DNA of 64,000 nucleotides from Verrucomicrobiota bacterium. GTDB taxonomy: Bacteria > Verrucomicrobiota > Lentisphaeria > Lentisphaerales > Lentisphaeraceae. Below are positions 17,938-27,258 of this stretch, piece after piece. The notes under the pieces are model-generated. The model was not told the origin of the DNA. It saw only the letters and a list, made by a program, of their open reading frames with translations, and did not search any database. Position 1 is the first letter of the stretch, and each line of letters begins with the position of its first letter. The stretch lies in contig JBDKFG010000005.1 of the NCBI GenBank assembly GCA_039798785.1, positions 1-64,000 of the forward strand, written 5' to 3'. Position numbers and translations under genes: made by a program.

Positions 17938-19017
17938 TTAGCTCAGCCATTCATTCAGCTTGGCGCTGCAGCGGCGGTCGCTGGCGCGCAGGAGCTCCAG
18001 TTCGATGTCGCTGAGATCGTCGACGGGAGCGATGCGACGGACTCCGCCTTCCAGGATGACGCGGTTGCCGATGGGGCCATGGAGGCCGAATTCGCCCGCG
18101 TGCTGATATTGGGCGCAGACCTCCACCGAGCGGCCTTCGCAAAGCGCCTTGACCAGTTCGACGCTGGCGGCGGCGGTGGCGGCGATGGTTTTGGCTTGAG
18201 AGTAATGGACGGGGAAGGGTTTCAGGGCGACTCGGAGGTCCGGCGGCAGGGAGCCGAGGTGTTCGAGGCAGCTCACCGGTCCGCCGATCGGGTCGGCCAT
18301 CATCCTGGCCATCATTTCCTGATGTTCTTTCATCAGGCGTTCAGGGTAGTCGCCGGGAGCGAGGCCGCCGCGCAGGCTTTGCACTGTGCCGGCCAGCTCT
18401 TCGCCCTGGAGGCCGTGGATGCGGACGCTCGACCAGAGCGGCACCATGCCCAATCCATGTTCACCCACCATGCAGGCGTGCACCCTTTGGCGGCGCAGGC
18501 CGAGCTGGGAAGCGATCTCCCAGCGGAAACGCAGCGAGTCGCTGAAGGCTCCCATGCCCAGCACCTGCTGGCGCGGCAGATGGCGCGAGAAGATGGCGAC
18601 GCCGAGCTCAACCGGGTTGCTCACCACGATGACCAGCGGCGGATGGCTGCTGCGGTTGCGGGCGATCGCCCGGGCGAAACGTTCGAAGAGGGGGATGTTG
18701 GCCTTCGCCAGGTCGTCGCGCTTCATCCGGTCCCGGGTCGAAGCCGCATCGGTGGGGAAGGTGGCTCCAGCCGCCATCACCACGATGTCGCCTACCACCT
18801 GGTCGGGATCGTCGGTGACGTCGATCTCGGGGATGCTCTCGGCATAGGCGTCTTGCAGGTCCGCCCGCAAGCCGTGCAGGTAGCTGGGACGCGATGAGCC
18901 GGGATTGCCGCCGACCAGCTGAAGCAGCTCGCGGCGCCCCAGGACGCCGTCGCGCACCAGCTGGTTGACGATCTCGCGGCCGCAGCCGCCGCTGGCGCCG
19001 ATGACTGAAATGTCCAT
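17938..19017 (-). CDS. Lactate/malate dehydrogenase family protein
   Basis: VIGASGGCG Rossmann motif, VVSNPVE, DSLRF and GEHG catalytic motifs. Confidence 0.85.
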   Translation of the reverse strand: MDISVIGASGGCGREIVNQLVRDGVLGRRELLQLVGGNPGSSRPSYLHGLRADLQDAYAESIPEIDVTDDPDQVVGDIVVMAAGATFPTDAASTRDRMKRDDLAKANIPLFERFARAIARNRSSHPPLVIVVSNPVELGVAIFSRHLPRQQVLGMGAFSDSLRFRWEIASQLGLRRQRVHACMVGEHGLGMVPLWSSVRIHGLQGEELAGTVQSLRGGLAPGDYPERLMKEHQEMMARMMADPIGGPVSCLEHLGSLPPDLRVALKPFPVHYSQAKTIAATAAASVELVKALCEGRSVEVCAQYQHAGEFGLHGPIGNRVILEGGVRRIAPVDDLSDIELELLRASDRRCSAKLNEWLS

Positions 19018-19093
19018 GGGGTTCCTGATTTCCTGGCTTGATCCGATAAAGTCCTGTCATAAACCCATTCGTCAAGGCTCGCTGGTCCCGGCG

Positions 19094-20821
19094 TCAGTCC
19101 AAGCCTTCCGCTTTCCAGCGGGCGAGAAGGCGGAAGAGGGTGGAGCGTCCGATGCCGAGTGCGGCTGCGGCTTCGCGCCTACGGCCGCCGGCGGCTTGCA
19201 GGGCGGCGAGCACCTGGGGACGTCCCGGCAGGTTGCGGGAGGAGGCGGTCGGATCGGCCGCCGGGGAGGAGGGAGAGGCGGGAGAGGAGCCTGACCGGAA
19301 AAGCTCGTCGGGCAAATCTGCCGCCTCGATGCAGCCGTCGCGGCAGATCATCGCCGCGCACTGGAGCACGGCATCCAGTTCGCGGACATTGCCGGGCCAG
19401 GAATGGGTGACGAGCAGGCGCATAGCGTCCGGGCTGAGCCCCGCCTTGCCTTTCAGCAGGGCCGCGGCGAGACGCGGCAGGTCCTCCTTGCGCTGGCGGA
19501 GAGGCGGCACCTCGACGCGGGCGACCCGGATGCGGTAGAGCAGGTCTTGGCGGAATCTGCCGGCGGCGACTTCTTCGGCCAGGTCGCGGTGGGTGGCGGC
19601 GAGGATCCGCACGTCGACCTTGCGGGGCCGGGTCTCGCCGAGGCGTACGAGCTCCTTCTCCTGCAGCACTCGCAGCAGCATCCGCTGCAGCTCGGGCTGC
19701 ATGTCGCCGATCTCGTCGAGAAAGAGCGTGCCGCCGTCGGCGGCCTCGATGAAGCCCTGGCGGTCGTCGGCGGCGCCGGTGAAGGCGCCGCGGCGGTGGC
19801 CGAAGAGCTGGCCGGCGAGGATCGATTCGGCCAGGCCGGCGCAGTTGATGGCGATGAAGGGGGCGGAGGCGCGGCCGCTGGCCTGGTGCAGCGCCCTTGC
19901 CACCAGCTCCTTGCCGGTGCCGGTTTCGCCGTGGATCAGCACTGGCAGGTCGGAGCGGGCGATCAGCGGCAGGCGGGCCCGCAGGCTCTTCATCGCCGCG
20001 CCCTCGCCGACCAGCTCGCTCGCCGGACTCTGGCGGCGCAGACGTTCCAGCTCGCAGGTGTCGTGGAGATGGACGATCCAGCCCTCCTGGCCGCTCCCCT
20101 GCCGCTCGGCATCGATCTCGAGGAAGAGCTCTTCGCCGCCGCGCCGGATGATCACCGGCCGCCGCTTGCCGCTGCCTGCGGCCGCCCGCAATCCTTCCAT
20201 CTCCCCGGGCGGCAGGAGGCCACACGACCACCAGTCCAGCCCTTCCAGATCCGCCACCCTCATCCCCAGCAGCCGCGCCGCCGCGCTGTTGGCGAAATGG
20301 ATGCGCCCCGCGCTCTCGAGCAGGAGCAGGCCCTGGGCGAGACGGTCGAGCACCGCCCGCATCGCCGACTGATGCGCCGCCGCCGCCTTCGCCAGCTCCA
20401 ACTGCGCCTGCTTCAGGTCGATCTCCAGGCGCTTCCGCTCGATCGAGCGGATCACCGTGCTCAGGACGCTCCCCCCCGCCGATTGCCGCAGACGCCCCTT
20501 GCTGAGATAGTCCTGGGCGCCGCAACGCAGCGCCGCGATCGCCGTCTGCTCGTCGTTGCGCCCCGACAGCACCACCACCGCAGGCTGCTCCTCAAGCGCG
20601 GCGAAGGCGGCGACGCCTTCGAGGCCTTCGCAATCAGGAAGACCGAGATCGAGCAGCACCGCCTTGGCTCCCGGCCCCAACGCCAGCCCCGTCGCCAGAT
20701 CCGCCGCTTCGATCAGCTCAAGCCGGATCCCCGTCTCCGCCGCCTCGTGCGCCAGCAGCCGCATCGCCAAGGCGCGGTCCACCGGACTGTCGTCAAGCAC
20801 CAGGATCTTCGTCGTCTCCAT
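19094..20821 (-). CDS. Sigma54-dependent response regulator (REC-PAS-AAA+-Fis HTH)
   Basis: ILVLDDS and LLDLGLPD receiver, GETGTGKE Walker A, GAFTGA, LFLDEIG, FRQDLLYR, WPGNVREL, C-terminal AAAALGIGRSTLFR. Confidence 0.95.
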   Translation of the reverse strand: METTKILVLDDSPVDRALAMRLLAHEAAETGIRLELIEAADLATGLALGPGAKAVLLDLGLPDCEGLEGVAAFAALEEQPAVVVLSGRNDEQTAIAALRCGAQDYLSKGRLRQSAGGSVLSTVIRSIERKRLEIDLKQAQLELAKAAAAHQSAMRAVLDRLAQGLLLLESAGRIHFANSAAARLLGMRVADLEGLDWWSCGLLPPGEMEGLRAAAGSGKRRPVIIRRGGEELFLEIDAERQGSGQEGWIVHLHDTCELERLRRQSPASELVGEGAAMKSLRARLPLIARSDLPVLIHGETGTGKELVARALHQASGRASAPFIAINCAGLAESILAGQLFGHRRGAFTGAADDRQGFIEAADGGTLFLDEIGDMQPELQRMLLRVLQEKELVRLGETRPRKVDVRILAATHRDLAEEVAAGRFRQDLLYRIRVARVEVPPLRQRKEDLPRLAAALLKGKAGLSPDAMRLLVTHSWPGNVRELDAVLQCAAMICRDGCIEAADLPDELFRSGSSPASPSSPAADPTASSRNLPGRPQVLAALQAAGGRRREAAAALGIGRSTLFRLLARWKAEGLD

Positions 20822-20872
20822 CCCACCAGCCCTCCCTGCGCAGCAAGTCTACCCGGAAGGACTCGTCCCGCA

Positions 20873-21029
20873 AGTCTCGCAAAGTCCCAGTCGAGATCTT
20901 TCAGGATCTTCCGGGACTTTGAGAGACTATCTTGAAGTCTCTCGTTTTCTTAGATTTTAATTTTAATCAATTGAATTTAAATGCTTTGTGTATTTCTATT
21001 AAGATTCTTCATGTGGCCGTGTTAAGTCT
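20873..21029 (+). promoter_or_regulatory. Putative enhancer (16-bp inverted repeat), AT-rich tract and sigma54-like -24 box upstream of 21074
   Basis: AGTCTCGCAAAGTCCC (20873-20888) and GGGACTTTGAGAGACT (20913-20928) are 15/16 complementary. TGGCCGTGTTAAGTCT at 21014-21029. Divergent from the sigma54 activator gene. Confidence 0.45.
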
Positions 21030-21073
21030 CGAATCGCCTCCCGATCAGTTCAATTCAACCCGGAGAACATCCC

Positions 21074-22759
21074 ATGAGCACTCTCACCTTCAAAGTCAAC
21101 GACGCCTCCACCTCCAGCACCGGCGTGTCGGTCTGGGTCACCATCAGCGAGCAAAGCGATGGCACCCTGCACTTTCTCATCACCCAGCAAGGCGGCGTCA
21201 TCGGCGATCTGCGGGGGGTCTTCTTCGACATCGCCGACGAGTCCCTCCTGTCGACCTTGAAAGTCTACGCCAGCTCCTCCGACATCCGCATCGGCAACGA
21301 CAGCATCAAGGATCTCGGCGAAGGCGCCAACATGAACGGCTTGCTCGGCAGCGACGGCGGCTACGACCTCGGCATCGAGATCGGCAGCGCCGGCATCGGC
21401 ACTGACGACATCCGCAGCTTCTCCTTCGTCCTCGACAGCACCTTGCGCGACCTCACCCTGCGCGACTTCGCCTTCGTCGACTTCGGCGTCCGTCTCACCT
21501 CGGTCGGCATGATCACCGGCAGCCGGGCTGATTCCGCCAAGATCCTCGAGATCACCTCGCAGGCGATCGATCTCAAAAACGCCGTCGTCGAAGTCAACGA
21601 AGGAAGCGCCGCCTCGAAGATGCTGATCGACTCCTCCGGCCTCGCCGGCCTCAGCCAGATCACTTCCTGGACCGCCGGCGGCCTTGGCGGCTCCATCGCC
21701 CTCGCCGACGGCGCCGACCTTCTGGGCGCCACCCGTCTCGACTCCTCCGGCATGCTCAGTCTTGACGCCGCCGCCGCCGACGAGCTTTCCGCCGGCGAAA
21801 GCATCGTCTACCAGCTCCGCTTCAGCGCCCGCAACCAGGATGAAGCGACCTCCTGGAGCAACGACGACGCCTCGCTGACTCTCATCATCAAAGGATTGAA
21901 CGACAATCCCTTCGCCATCGACGACAGCAGCGCCGCCATCCTCGCCGGCGCCGATGCCGGCGGCAACCTGCTCGCCAATGACTTCGACATCGACCGGCTC
22001 GATACCCTCAGCGTCGTCAGCGCCGCCGGCGCCGCAGCCGACCAGAGCGTCACCCTCGCCTCCGGAGCCAGCCTCTCCGTCTCCAGCGACGGCACCTGGG
22101 TCTACCGCAGCGGCGATGCCTTCGACTGGCTGATGGAAGGCGCCACCGCCATCGACAGCTTCGTCTACACCATCTCCGATGGTCAGGGGGGCTTTGCCGA
22201 CGCCATCGCCACGGTGACGGTGATCGGCCAAGCTGCCCCCCCTCCCCCTCCCCCTCCCCCTCCCCCGCCCCCGCCGCCTCCTACTCCCGCCGACCTCTAC
22301 CCGACGATGCTGCAGGATATTTCGAACGTCGTTCTTTATCTCGACGACGGGCGCAGCGACACTGCGGTTCTCAAGGTCAAGCTTCAGCCGCATGGGCTGT
22401 CGATCAGGGACGTCGATGACTTGAAAATCGGCGACTTCCTCAGCGGCCATGCCGCCGAGCTGAACGGCAACGTCAATCTCCTCGGTCTCTCCGTCCATGC
22501 CGGTCAGGAATACCCCAATCTCGCCGGCGTCGATGGCACCGCCCAGGGCGAAGGCGCCTTCTTCTTCCTTCTCGACGGCGATACGCCGCAAGTCAAGGCC
22601 GTCGGCACCCGCGATTCCGGCAAATGGAGCTGGGACTGGAACGCCGATGACGTTCCCCTCGACGCCGCCGCCCTGGCCGCCGGGATCACCAACGAACTCC
22701 TTGCCAGCCAGGCTCAGATCGTCTATGAGACCTTTGTCAATGGCATCTGGACTGCCTGA
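21074..22759 (+). CDS. Extracellular-type protein with VCBS/cadherin-like Ig domain and poly-proline linker
   Basis: GLNDNPFAIDD, GNLLANDFDID and DSFVYTISDGQGG are typical VCBS/Ig-like motifs. Run of 15 Pro. GGAG precedes the ATG. Confidence 0.75.
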   Translation: MSTLTFKVNDASTSSTGVSVWVTISEQSDGTLHFLITQQGGVIGDLRGVFFDIADESLLSTLKVYASSSDIRIGNDSIKDLGEGANMNGLLGSDGGYDLGIEIGSAGIGTDDIRSFSFVLDSTLRDLTLRDFAFVDFGVRLTSVGMITGSRADSAKILEITSQAIDLKNAVVEVNEGSAASKMLIDSSGLAGLSQITSWTAGGLGGSIALADGADLLGATRLDSSGMLSLDAAAADELSAGESIVYQLRFSARNQDEATSWSNDDASLTLIIKGLNDNPFAIDDSSAAILAGADAGGNLLANDFDIDRLDTLSVVSAAGAAADQSVTLASGASLSVSSDGTWVYRSGDAFDWLMEGATAIDSFVYTISDGQGGFADAIATVTVIGQAAPPPPPPPPPPPPPPPTPADLYPTMLQDISNVVLYLDDGRSDTAVLKVKLQPHGLSIRDVDDLKIGDFLSGHAAELNGNVNLLGLSVHAGQEYPNLAGVDGTAQGEGAFFFLLDGDTPQVKAVGTRDSGKWSWDWNADDVPLDAAALAAGITNELLASQAQIVYETFVNGIWTA

Positions 22760-22802
22760 GTTCCGTCGTCAAGTCTAGCCTCACGGCCGCAAGCTCCCCA
22801 GC

Positions 22803-23006
22803 TTGCGGCTTCCTCGTGCGGTCTGGGGCTTGCAGGGCTGCCTGAGCGCCGCGCGTCAGGGAGGAGAAGCCCGGCGCGACTGGCAGAGACGCGTCGAGGC
22901 TGAGATTGTGCGTTGTCAGGAGGCGGATGGCTCGTGGCCGCGGATGGATTCAGAGCGCCTCGAGACGACGCGACTCTCGTTGTTCTGCCTCGGAGTGGAT
23001 TTCTAA
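22803..23006 (+). pseudogene. Fragment resembling the C-terminus of a prenyltransferase/squalene-oxidase-repeat protein
   Basis: WQRRVEAEIVRCQEADGSWP...TTRLSLFCLGV carries a QxxDGSW motif. No convincing start and no upstream portion. Confidence 0.4.
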
Positions 23007-23080
23007 TCGCTGCCCTAGCATCCGAGGAAAAACCCGCTGAGGAATCAACCGGAATCGATCTTCAACTTCGGAATCCAGGC

Positions 23081-23455
23081 TTATTCGACGATGTCGTAGA
23101 CCAGGACCTTGCGAGTCAGCGGCTTGAGGACGGTTTTCACCGCTTCCTGATGGCGTGGATGGGTCAGGTAGGCCTGCATCGAAGCGACCGAATCGAAACG
23201 GATGGCGATGCCGACGTCGAAGCTGGCATCGACGATTGGACGTTCGGAAGGGACGGCTGTGCCGGCGCGGACCGACAGGACGCCTGGCAGGTCGGCGAGC
23301 TCTTTTGCCGTTGCGATGAGGCGTTGGCGTCCCGCTTCATTTCCAGGTTGATTGAGCCAGCAGAAGACCAGGTGTTCGACCGGCCTGGAGTTGGGATCAG
23401 CGCTCCGGCAGGAGGAGAAAGCGAGAAGGATGGTCAGTGCGAAGATAAGCCGCAT
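23081..23455 (-). CDS. Dabb (stress-responsive alpha/beta barrel) family lipoprotein
   Basis: Lipobox-like LAFSSC, VEHLVFCWL, YLTHPRHQ, VLVYD. Confidence 0.85.
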   Translation of the reverse strand: MRLIFALTILLAFSSCRSADPNSRPVEHLVFCWLNQPGNEAGRQRLIATAKELADLPGVLSVRAGTAVPSERPIVDASFDVGIAIRFDSVASMQAYLTHPRHQEAVKTVLKPLTRKVLVYDIVE

Positions 23456-23580
23456 GAGGACTCCGTGGCTGGTGCTGGACAGGGACAGCGAAGAGCTTAT
23501 CTCCGGAGGGCCCTACGCCAAGTGGCAAAAGCGCCTATATTGCGCGGCTCCAATCTGCATTCCAAAGGATTTTCCCGAAC

Positions 23581-24393
23581 ATGTTCATGCCTGACTTCTG
23601 CACCGGCGACAGCTATGAAACGCCGGACGGTCGCAAGCACAGCTTCCTCGACAAGCTGTTGCGCCCCGGAAATTTCTACTTCTACTACCGCGTCTTCTCT
23701 CCGGCGCGCTGGTTCCAGAACATCTGCAACCGCTACGGCATGAGCTACGATGCCATGCGTCTTTCCGCCGGACAGATTCTGCGGGCCTTGGAGGACTGCG
23801 GCGGCAAGGTCGTGGTGGAGGGTCTCGAGCAGCTCGACAAATCGACAGGCAAGGGCGCAGTCGTCATCGGCAACCACATGAGCTCGGTCGAGACGCTGGT
23901 CCTGGCGGCGATCATGCAGCGTCGCGGCAAGATGACCTTCGTGGTCAAGCAGGAGTTGTTCGATACTCCCATCTTCGGCACCTTGATGCGCAATATGCGC
24001 TGCATCCCGATGACCCGCACCGATCCCAAGACCGACCTGAAGACCTTGATGGACCTCGGTCCGAAGCTGATCAACGAGGGCGTTTCGATCGTCGTCTTCC
24101 CGCAGAGCACCCGGGCGGAGAAATTCGATCCGGGCGACTTCAACTCCATCGGCGCCAAGCTGGCCAAGCGCGCCGGGGCGCCGATCATTCCTCTCGCCCT
24201 GGAAACCTCGATCTGGGGCAAGGGGAAGCTGGTGAGCGACTTCGGTCCGATCCGCCGCGAGCGCCCGGTGCGATTCTCCTTCGGGGAATTGATCGAAGCC
24301 GGCACCGACGACAAGGAGGCGCATCGCCGCTGCGTCGACTTCATCGGCACCAAGGTCGCCGCCTGGCAGGCCGAAAACGCCGCCCGGGCCTGA
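23581..24393 (+). CDS. 1-acyl-sn-glycerol-3-phosphate acyltransferase family
   Basis: NHMSSVE (HX4D-like), FVVKQEL, VFPQSTR, APIIPLAL. Confidence 0.85.
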   Translation: MFMPDFCTGDSYETPDGRKHSFLDKLLRPGNFYFYYRVFSPARWFQNICNRYGMSYDAMRLSAGQILRALEDCGGKVVVEGLEQLDKSTGKGAVVIGNHMSSVETLVLAAIMQRRGKMTFVVKQELFDTPIFGTLMRNMRCIPMTRTDPKTDLKTLMDLGPKLINEGVSIVVFPQSTRAEKFDPGDFNSIGAKLAKRAGAPIIPLALETSIWGKGKLVSDFGPIRRERPVRFSFGELIEAGTDDKEAHRRCVDFIGTKVAAWQAENAARA

Positions 24394-24395
24394 TC

Positions 24396-24941
24396 TTGGA
24401 AGGCGGCGCACAGGCTCCGGTGCTTCTCGCTTTGGCGATCATGGCGGCGCGCGTCGCCGACATGTCGCTGGGGACGGTGCGCACCCTGGTGATGGTCCGC
24501 GGCTTCCGCAACATCGCCACCTGTCTGGCTTTCTTTGAGGTGATCATCTGGCTCCTGGTGGCGCGCCGCGTCTTGCGCGAGGACGCCGCCTGGTGGGAGC
24601 TTCTCGCCTATGCGGCCGGGTTCGCCGCCGGGATCTGGCTCGGCTCGCGCTTCGAGGGGCGGCTGGCGCTCGGCAACGAGTTCGTCCGCATCGTCTCCTG
24701 GGAGCAGGGGCCGAAGCTCGCAGCGCTTCTCCGTGATGCCGGCCATCGCGTCATCGAGCTGCAGGGGCGGATGGAGAACGAACGTCCGATCGACATCCTG
24801 CAGCTGGTGGTGCCCAGGCGCGAGCTTCCGGCCCTGCTGAGCCTGGTCAGGAGCAGCGATCCCAGCGCCTTCTACACCACCAGCGACGTCAAGTCGATCC
24901 ATCTGGGCCAGAACCCGCACCCGCCGGAGGATCACCGATGA
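24396..24941 (+). CDS. UPF0316/DUF2179-type membrane protein
   Basis: ARVADMSLGTVR, AFFEVIIW, YAAGFAAG, DPSAFYTTSDV. Confidence 0.8.
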   Translation: MEGGAQAPVLLALAIMAARVADMSLGTVRTLVMVRGFRNIATCLAFFEVIIWLLVARRVLREDAAWWELLAYAAGFAAGIWLGSRFEGRLALGNEFVRIVSWEQGPKLAALLRDAGHRVIELQGRMENERPIDILQLVVPRRELPALLSLVRSSDPSAFYTTSDVKSIHLGQNPHPPEDHR

Positions 24942-25660
24942 AACGCGACCTCAAGCTGCCGCTGGCGGCCCTGGCCTCGTCCGTCCTCGGCTTCGCCATG
25001 CTCCTCGCCTTGCTGCGCTTCACCCGCCTCGACGTTGACATCGTGGTCGAGATGCACGACTATTTCGGCGACCCCGGACCCTGGCTGCACGGTCTGTCCG
25101 AGTTCGGCAAGTACTTCCCTCCCGTCCTGTTGCTGCTCTCCCTCCCCTGGTGTCTCTGGCGGCAGCGCCGTCCGCATCCTCCCGGCTGGCGCCCCTGGTT
25201 CTTCTGTCTCCTGGTCTACCTGTCGTTGGCTGCACTGATCAATCTGGGCCTCAAGCCCGGCTTTGGCCGTCCGCGCCCGATCGATTGCCATGAGGTCCGC
25301 GCCGAGGCGGCCTCCAGTTTCGTTCCCTTGCTGGGCTTGCCCGAAGGGCCGCCGCAGCGGCTCGCGATGCCGGCCAGGTCCTTCCCAAGCGCGCATGCCT
25401 TCTCGGCTTTTTCCCTTTTCGCCCTCTTCTTCGTCCTTCGCCGCCGCTCTCCTCGCCCGGCTATCTTGATCTTCATCTTCGCTTCCTGCCTCGGCCTGGC
25501 CACCGGAATCATCTCGATCCTCGAGCTGCGCCACTTCCCCAGCGACGTCGTCGCCTCCTGCGCCCTGGTCTGGTGGCTCTGCATCGTCCTCGACCTGCTG
25601 CTCCTGCGCCCAGCTCCGCCTCCAGGCGACGAGCCCATTCCCGACCCCCCAGGCAGCTGA
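24938..25660 (+). CDS. PAP2 family phosphatase
   Basis: KPGFGRPRP, SFPSAH and HFPSDV conserved PAP2 blocks, with TM helices. Confidence 0.85.
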   Translation: MKRDLKLPLAALASSVLGFAMLLALLRFTRLDVDIVVEMHDYFGDPGPWLHGLSEFGKYFPPVLLLLSLPWCLWRQRRPHPPGWRPWFFCLLVYLSLAALINLGLKPGFGRPRPIDCHEVRAEAASSFVPLLGLPEGPPQRLAMPARSFPSAHAFSAFSLFALFFVLRRRSPRPAILIFIFASCLGLATGIISILELRHFPSDVVASCALVWWLCIVLDLLLLRPAPPPGDEPIPDPPGS

Positions 25661-25693
25661 AAATTTTATCGAAACAACAACGGAGCCTTCCCC

Positions 25694-26560
25694 ATGAACC
25701 TCGGCTGGGACACTTACCTCACCGATAGCAAGAACGGCAGCGTCGCCGTCGTCGTCGATCTCGATGCCCGCACCACGCCCGGACTCGACTTCTGCCTGCA
25801 GGCGCAGATCACTCTCAAGGCGCCAGGTCCCGACGGCCAGGCGAAAGGGGAGGAGATCGCCGAGCTCGCACCGAGCGAGGAGGCCTTTGAAAAGCTGGTC
25901 CGCGATCTTGACGGCGTCTACGTCGGACGTCTGACGATGCAGGGTCGCCGCGTCTTCGCCGCCTACATGCCAAGCGGCCATGTTCCTTCTCCGGCCCGGC
26001 TCGGCGCCTATCCGGTACGTCTCGGCAGCCGCCATGATCCGGAATGGGATTTTTTCTCGCAGGCGCTCTTTCCGGGCTCGGAGGAGCTGCAGGGCATTCT
26101 CAACCGCCGCACCCTGGAACAACTCGAGAACCAGGGCGACGAACTCATCGACGCCCGCGAGATCGCCCACAGCGCCGTCTTCGCCGAAGCGAACGCCGCC
26201 GCGGAGTTCTGCTCCGAGGTGATGAACCTCGGCTACGATCCCCAGGATCCGCTCGCCAGCGCCGAAGGCTGGAGCGTCAAGGTCCTTCGCTTCGACCGCC
26301 CCGAATGGCTCAGCATCAACCGTTCCACCCGTGAGCTGCTGCGGCTGGTCACCAGTCTCGGCGGCAGCTATCTCGGCTGGACCTGCCCGATCCACCGTCC
26401 CGACGGCTGGATCGGCGAGAGTCTCGCCTCCGGCTGTTGCGGCGGCGGATCCTGCGGCAGCGGCAAGAGTCCCTCCTCTTCCTGCGGCACCGGCTCATGC
26501 TCGAGCCCTGCGCCCGCCCCCAAGAGCGGCTGCGGATCCGGCGGCTGCGGCTGCGGCTGA
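25694..26560 (+). CDS. DUF695/RraB-like domain protein with a Cys/Gly/Ser-rich tail
   Basis: YVGRLT...DPEWDF, LENQGDELIDAREIAH, GGSYLGW, then a tail GCCGGGSCG...GCGSGGCGCG. Confidence 0.7.
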   Translation: MNLGWDTYLTDSKNGSVAVVVDLDARTTPGLDFCLQAQITLKAPGPDGQAKGEEIAELAPSEEAFEKLVRDLDGVYVGRLTMQGRRVFAAYMPSGHVPSPARLGAYPVRLGSRHDPEWDFFSQALFPGSEELQGILNRRTLEQLENQGDELIDAREIAHSAVFAEANAAAEFCSEVMNLGYDPQDPLASAEGWSVKVLRFDRPEWLSINRSTRELLRLVTSLGGSYLGWTCPIHRPDGWIGESLASGCCGGGSCGSGKSPSSSCGTGSCSSPAPAPKSGCGSGGCGCG

Positions 26561-26635
26561 AACAGGGACCGGGATTTTCCGCTGCGCGTCTCCGCGGAGA
26601 GGTGAAAAGCTCGCAGCTCGGGTTAATTTGCGCCC

Positions 26636-27154
26636 ATGAATATCATTCTCATCGGCTTCATGGCCTCCGGAAAGACCACTGTCGGCAAGGCTATCGCCCG
26701 CCGCAGCGGACGCCCCTTCCTAGACCTCGACGCGGTGATCGAGGAGAAGGCGGGCATGAGCATTCCGACGATCTTCTCCACCGTCGGCGAAAAAGCCTTC
26801 CGCGATCTCGAGTCTCACGTCGTCAACACTCTGTCCTCCTCGGGTGACGGAGTGGTCTCCTGCGGCGGCGGCGTCATCCTCCGCGAGATCAATCGCGAAC
26901 GCCTCCGCCAGCGCGGCTTCGTCGTCTGGCTGAAGAGCAGTCCCGAGACTGTGCTGCGCAACGCCGGCCGCCGCGACAACCGCCCCCTGCTGCGGGACAA
27001 GGACGTCGACGATGTCGCCGCGATGTTGGCGGCTCGCGAACCCTTCTACCGTGCAGCCGCCCATGCCTCTCTCGAAGTCGCTTCGATCGGCATCGAGGCG
27101 GCGGCCGTACGCATCCTCGAAATGCACGACGCCTTCGCCGCCGCGCCCTACTGA
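26636..27154 (+). CDS. aroK: Shikimate kinase
   Basis: LIGFMASGKTTVG, GEKAFRDLE, SCGGG, RPLL, REPFY. Confidence 0.95.
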   Translation: MNIILIGFMASGKTTVGKAIARRSGRPFLDLDAVIEEKAGMSIPTIFSTVGEKAFRDLESHVVNTLSSSGDGVVSCGGGVILREINRERLRQRGFVVWLKSSPETVLRNAGRRDNRPLLRDKDVDDVAAMLAAREPFYRAAAHASLEVASIGIEAAAVRILEMHDAFAAAPY

Positions 27155-27258
27155 GCCCGATGGGCTTGTGATTTAGCGGATTTTGCCCTGCCTCTCTCGC
27201 GCAGCGGAAAGACTTGCGGTATCTTGGGGCGCTTCTGTTTCAATCTGAAGGAATCCTC

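Noticed and set aside
19179..20935. Long alternative-frame ORFs (448 and 510 aa) over the sigma54 activator
   Set aside because: Low-complexity Arg/Pro/Ala shadows of a clearly identified gene.
23872..23895. HX4E instead of HX4D in the acyltransferase as a sign of inactivation
   Set aside because: Conservative substitution with the other blocks intact; not enough to call a pseudo-enzyme.
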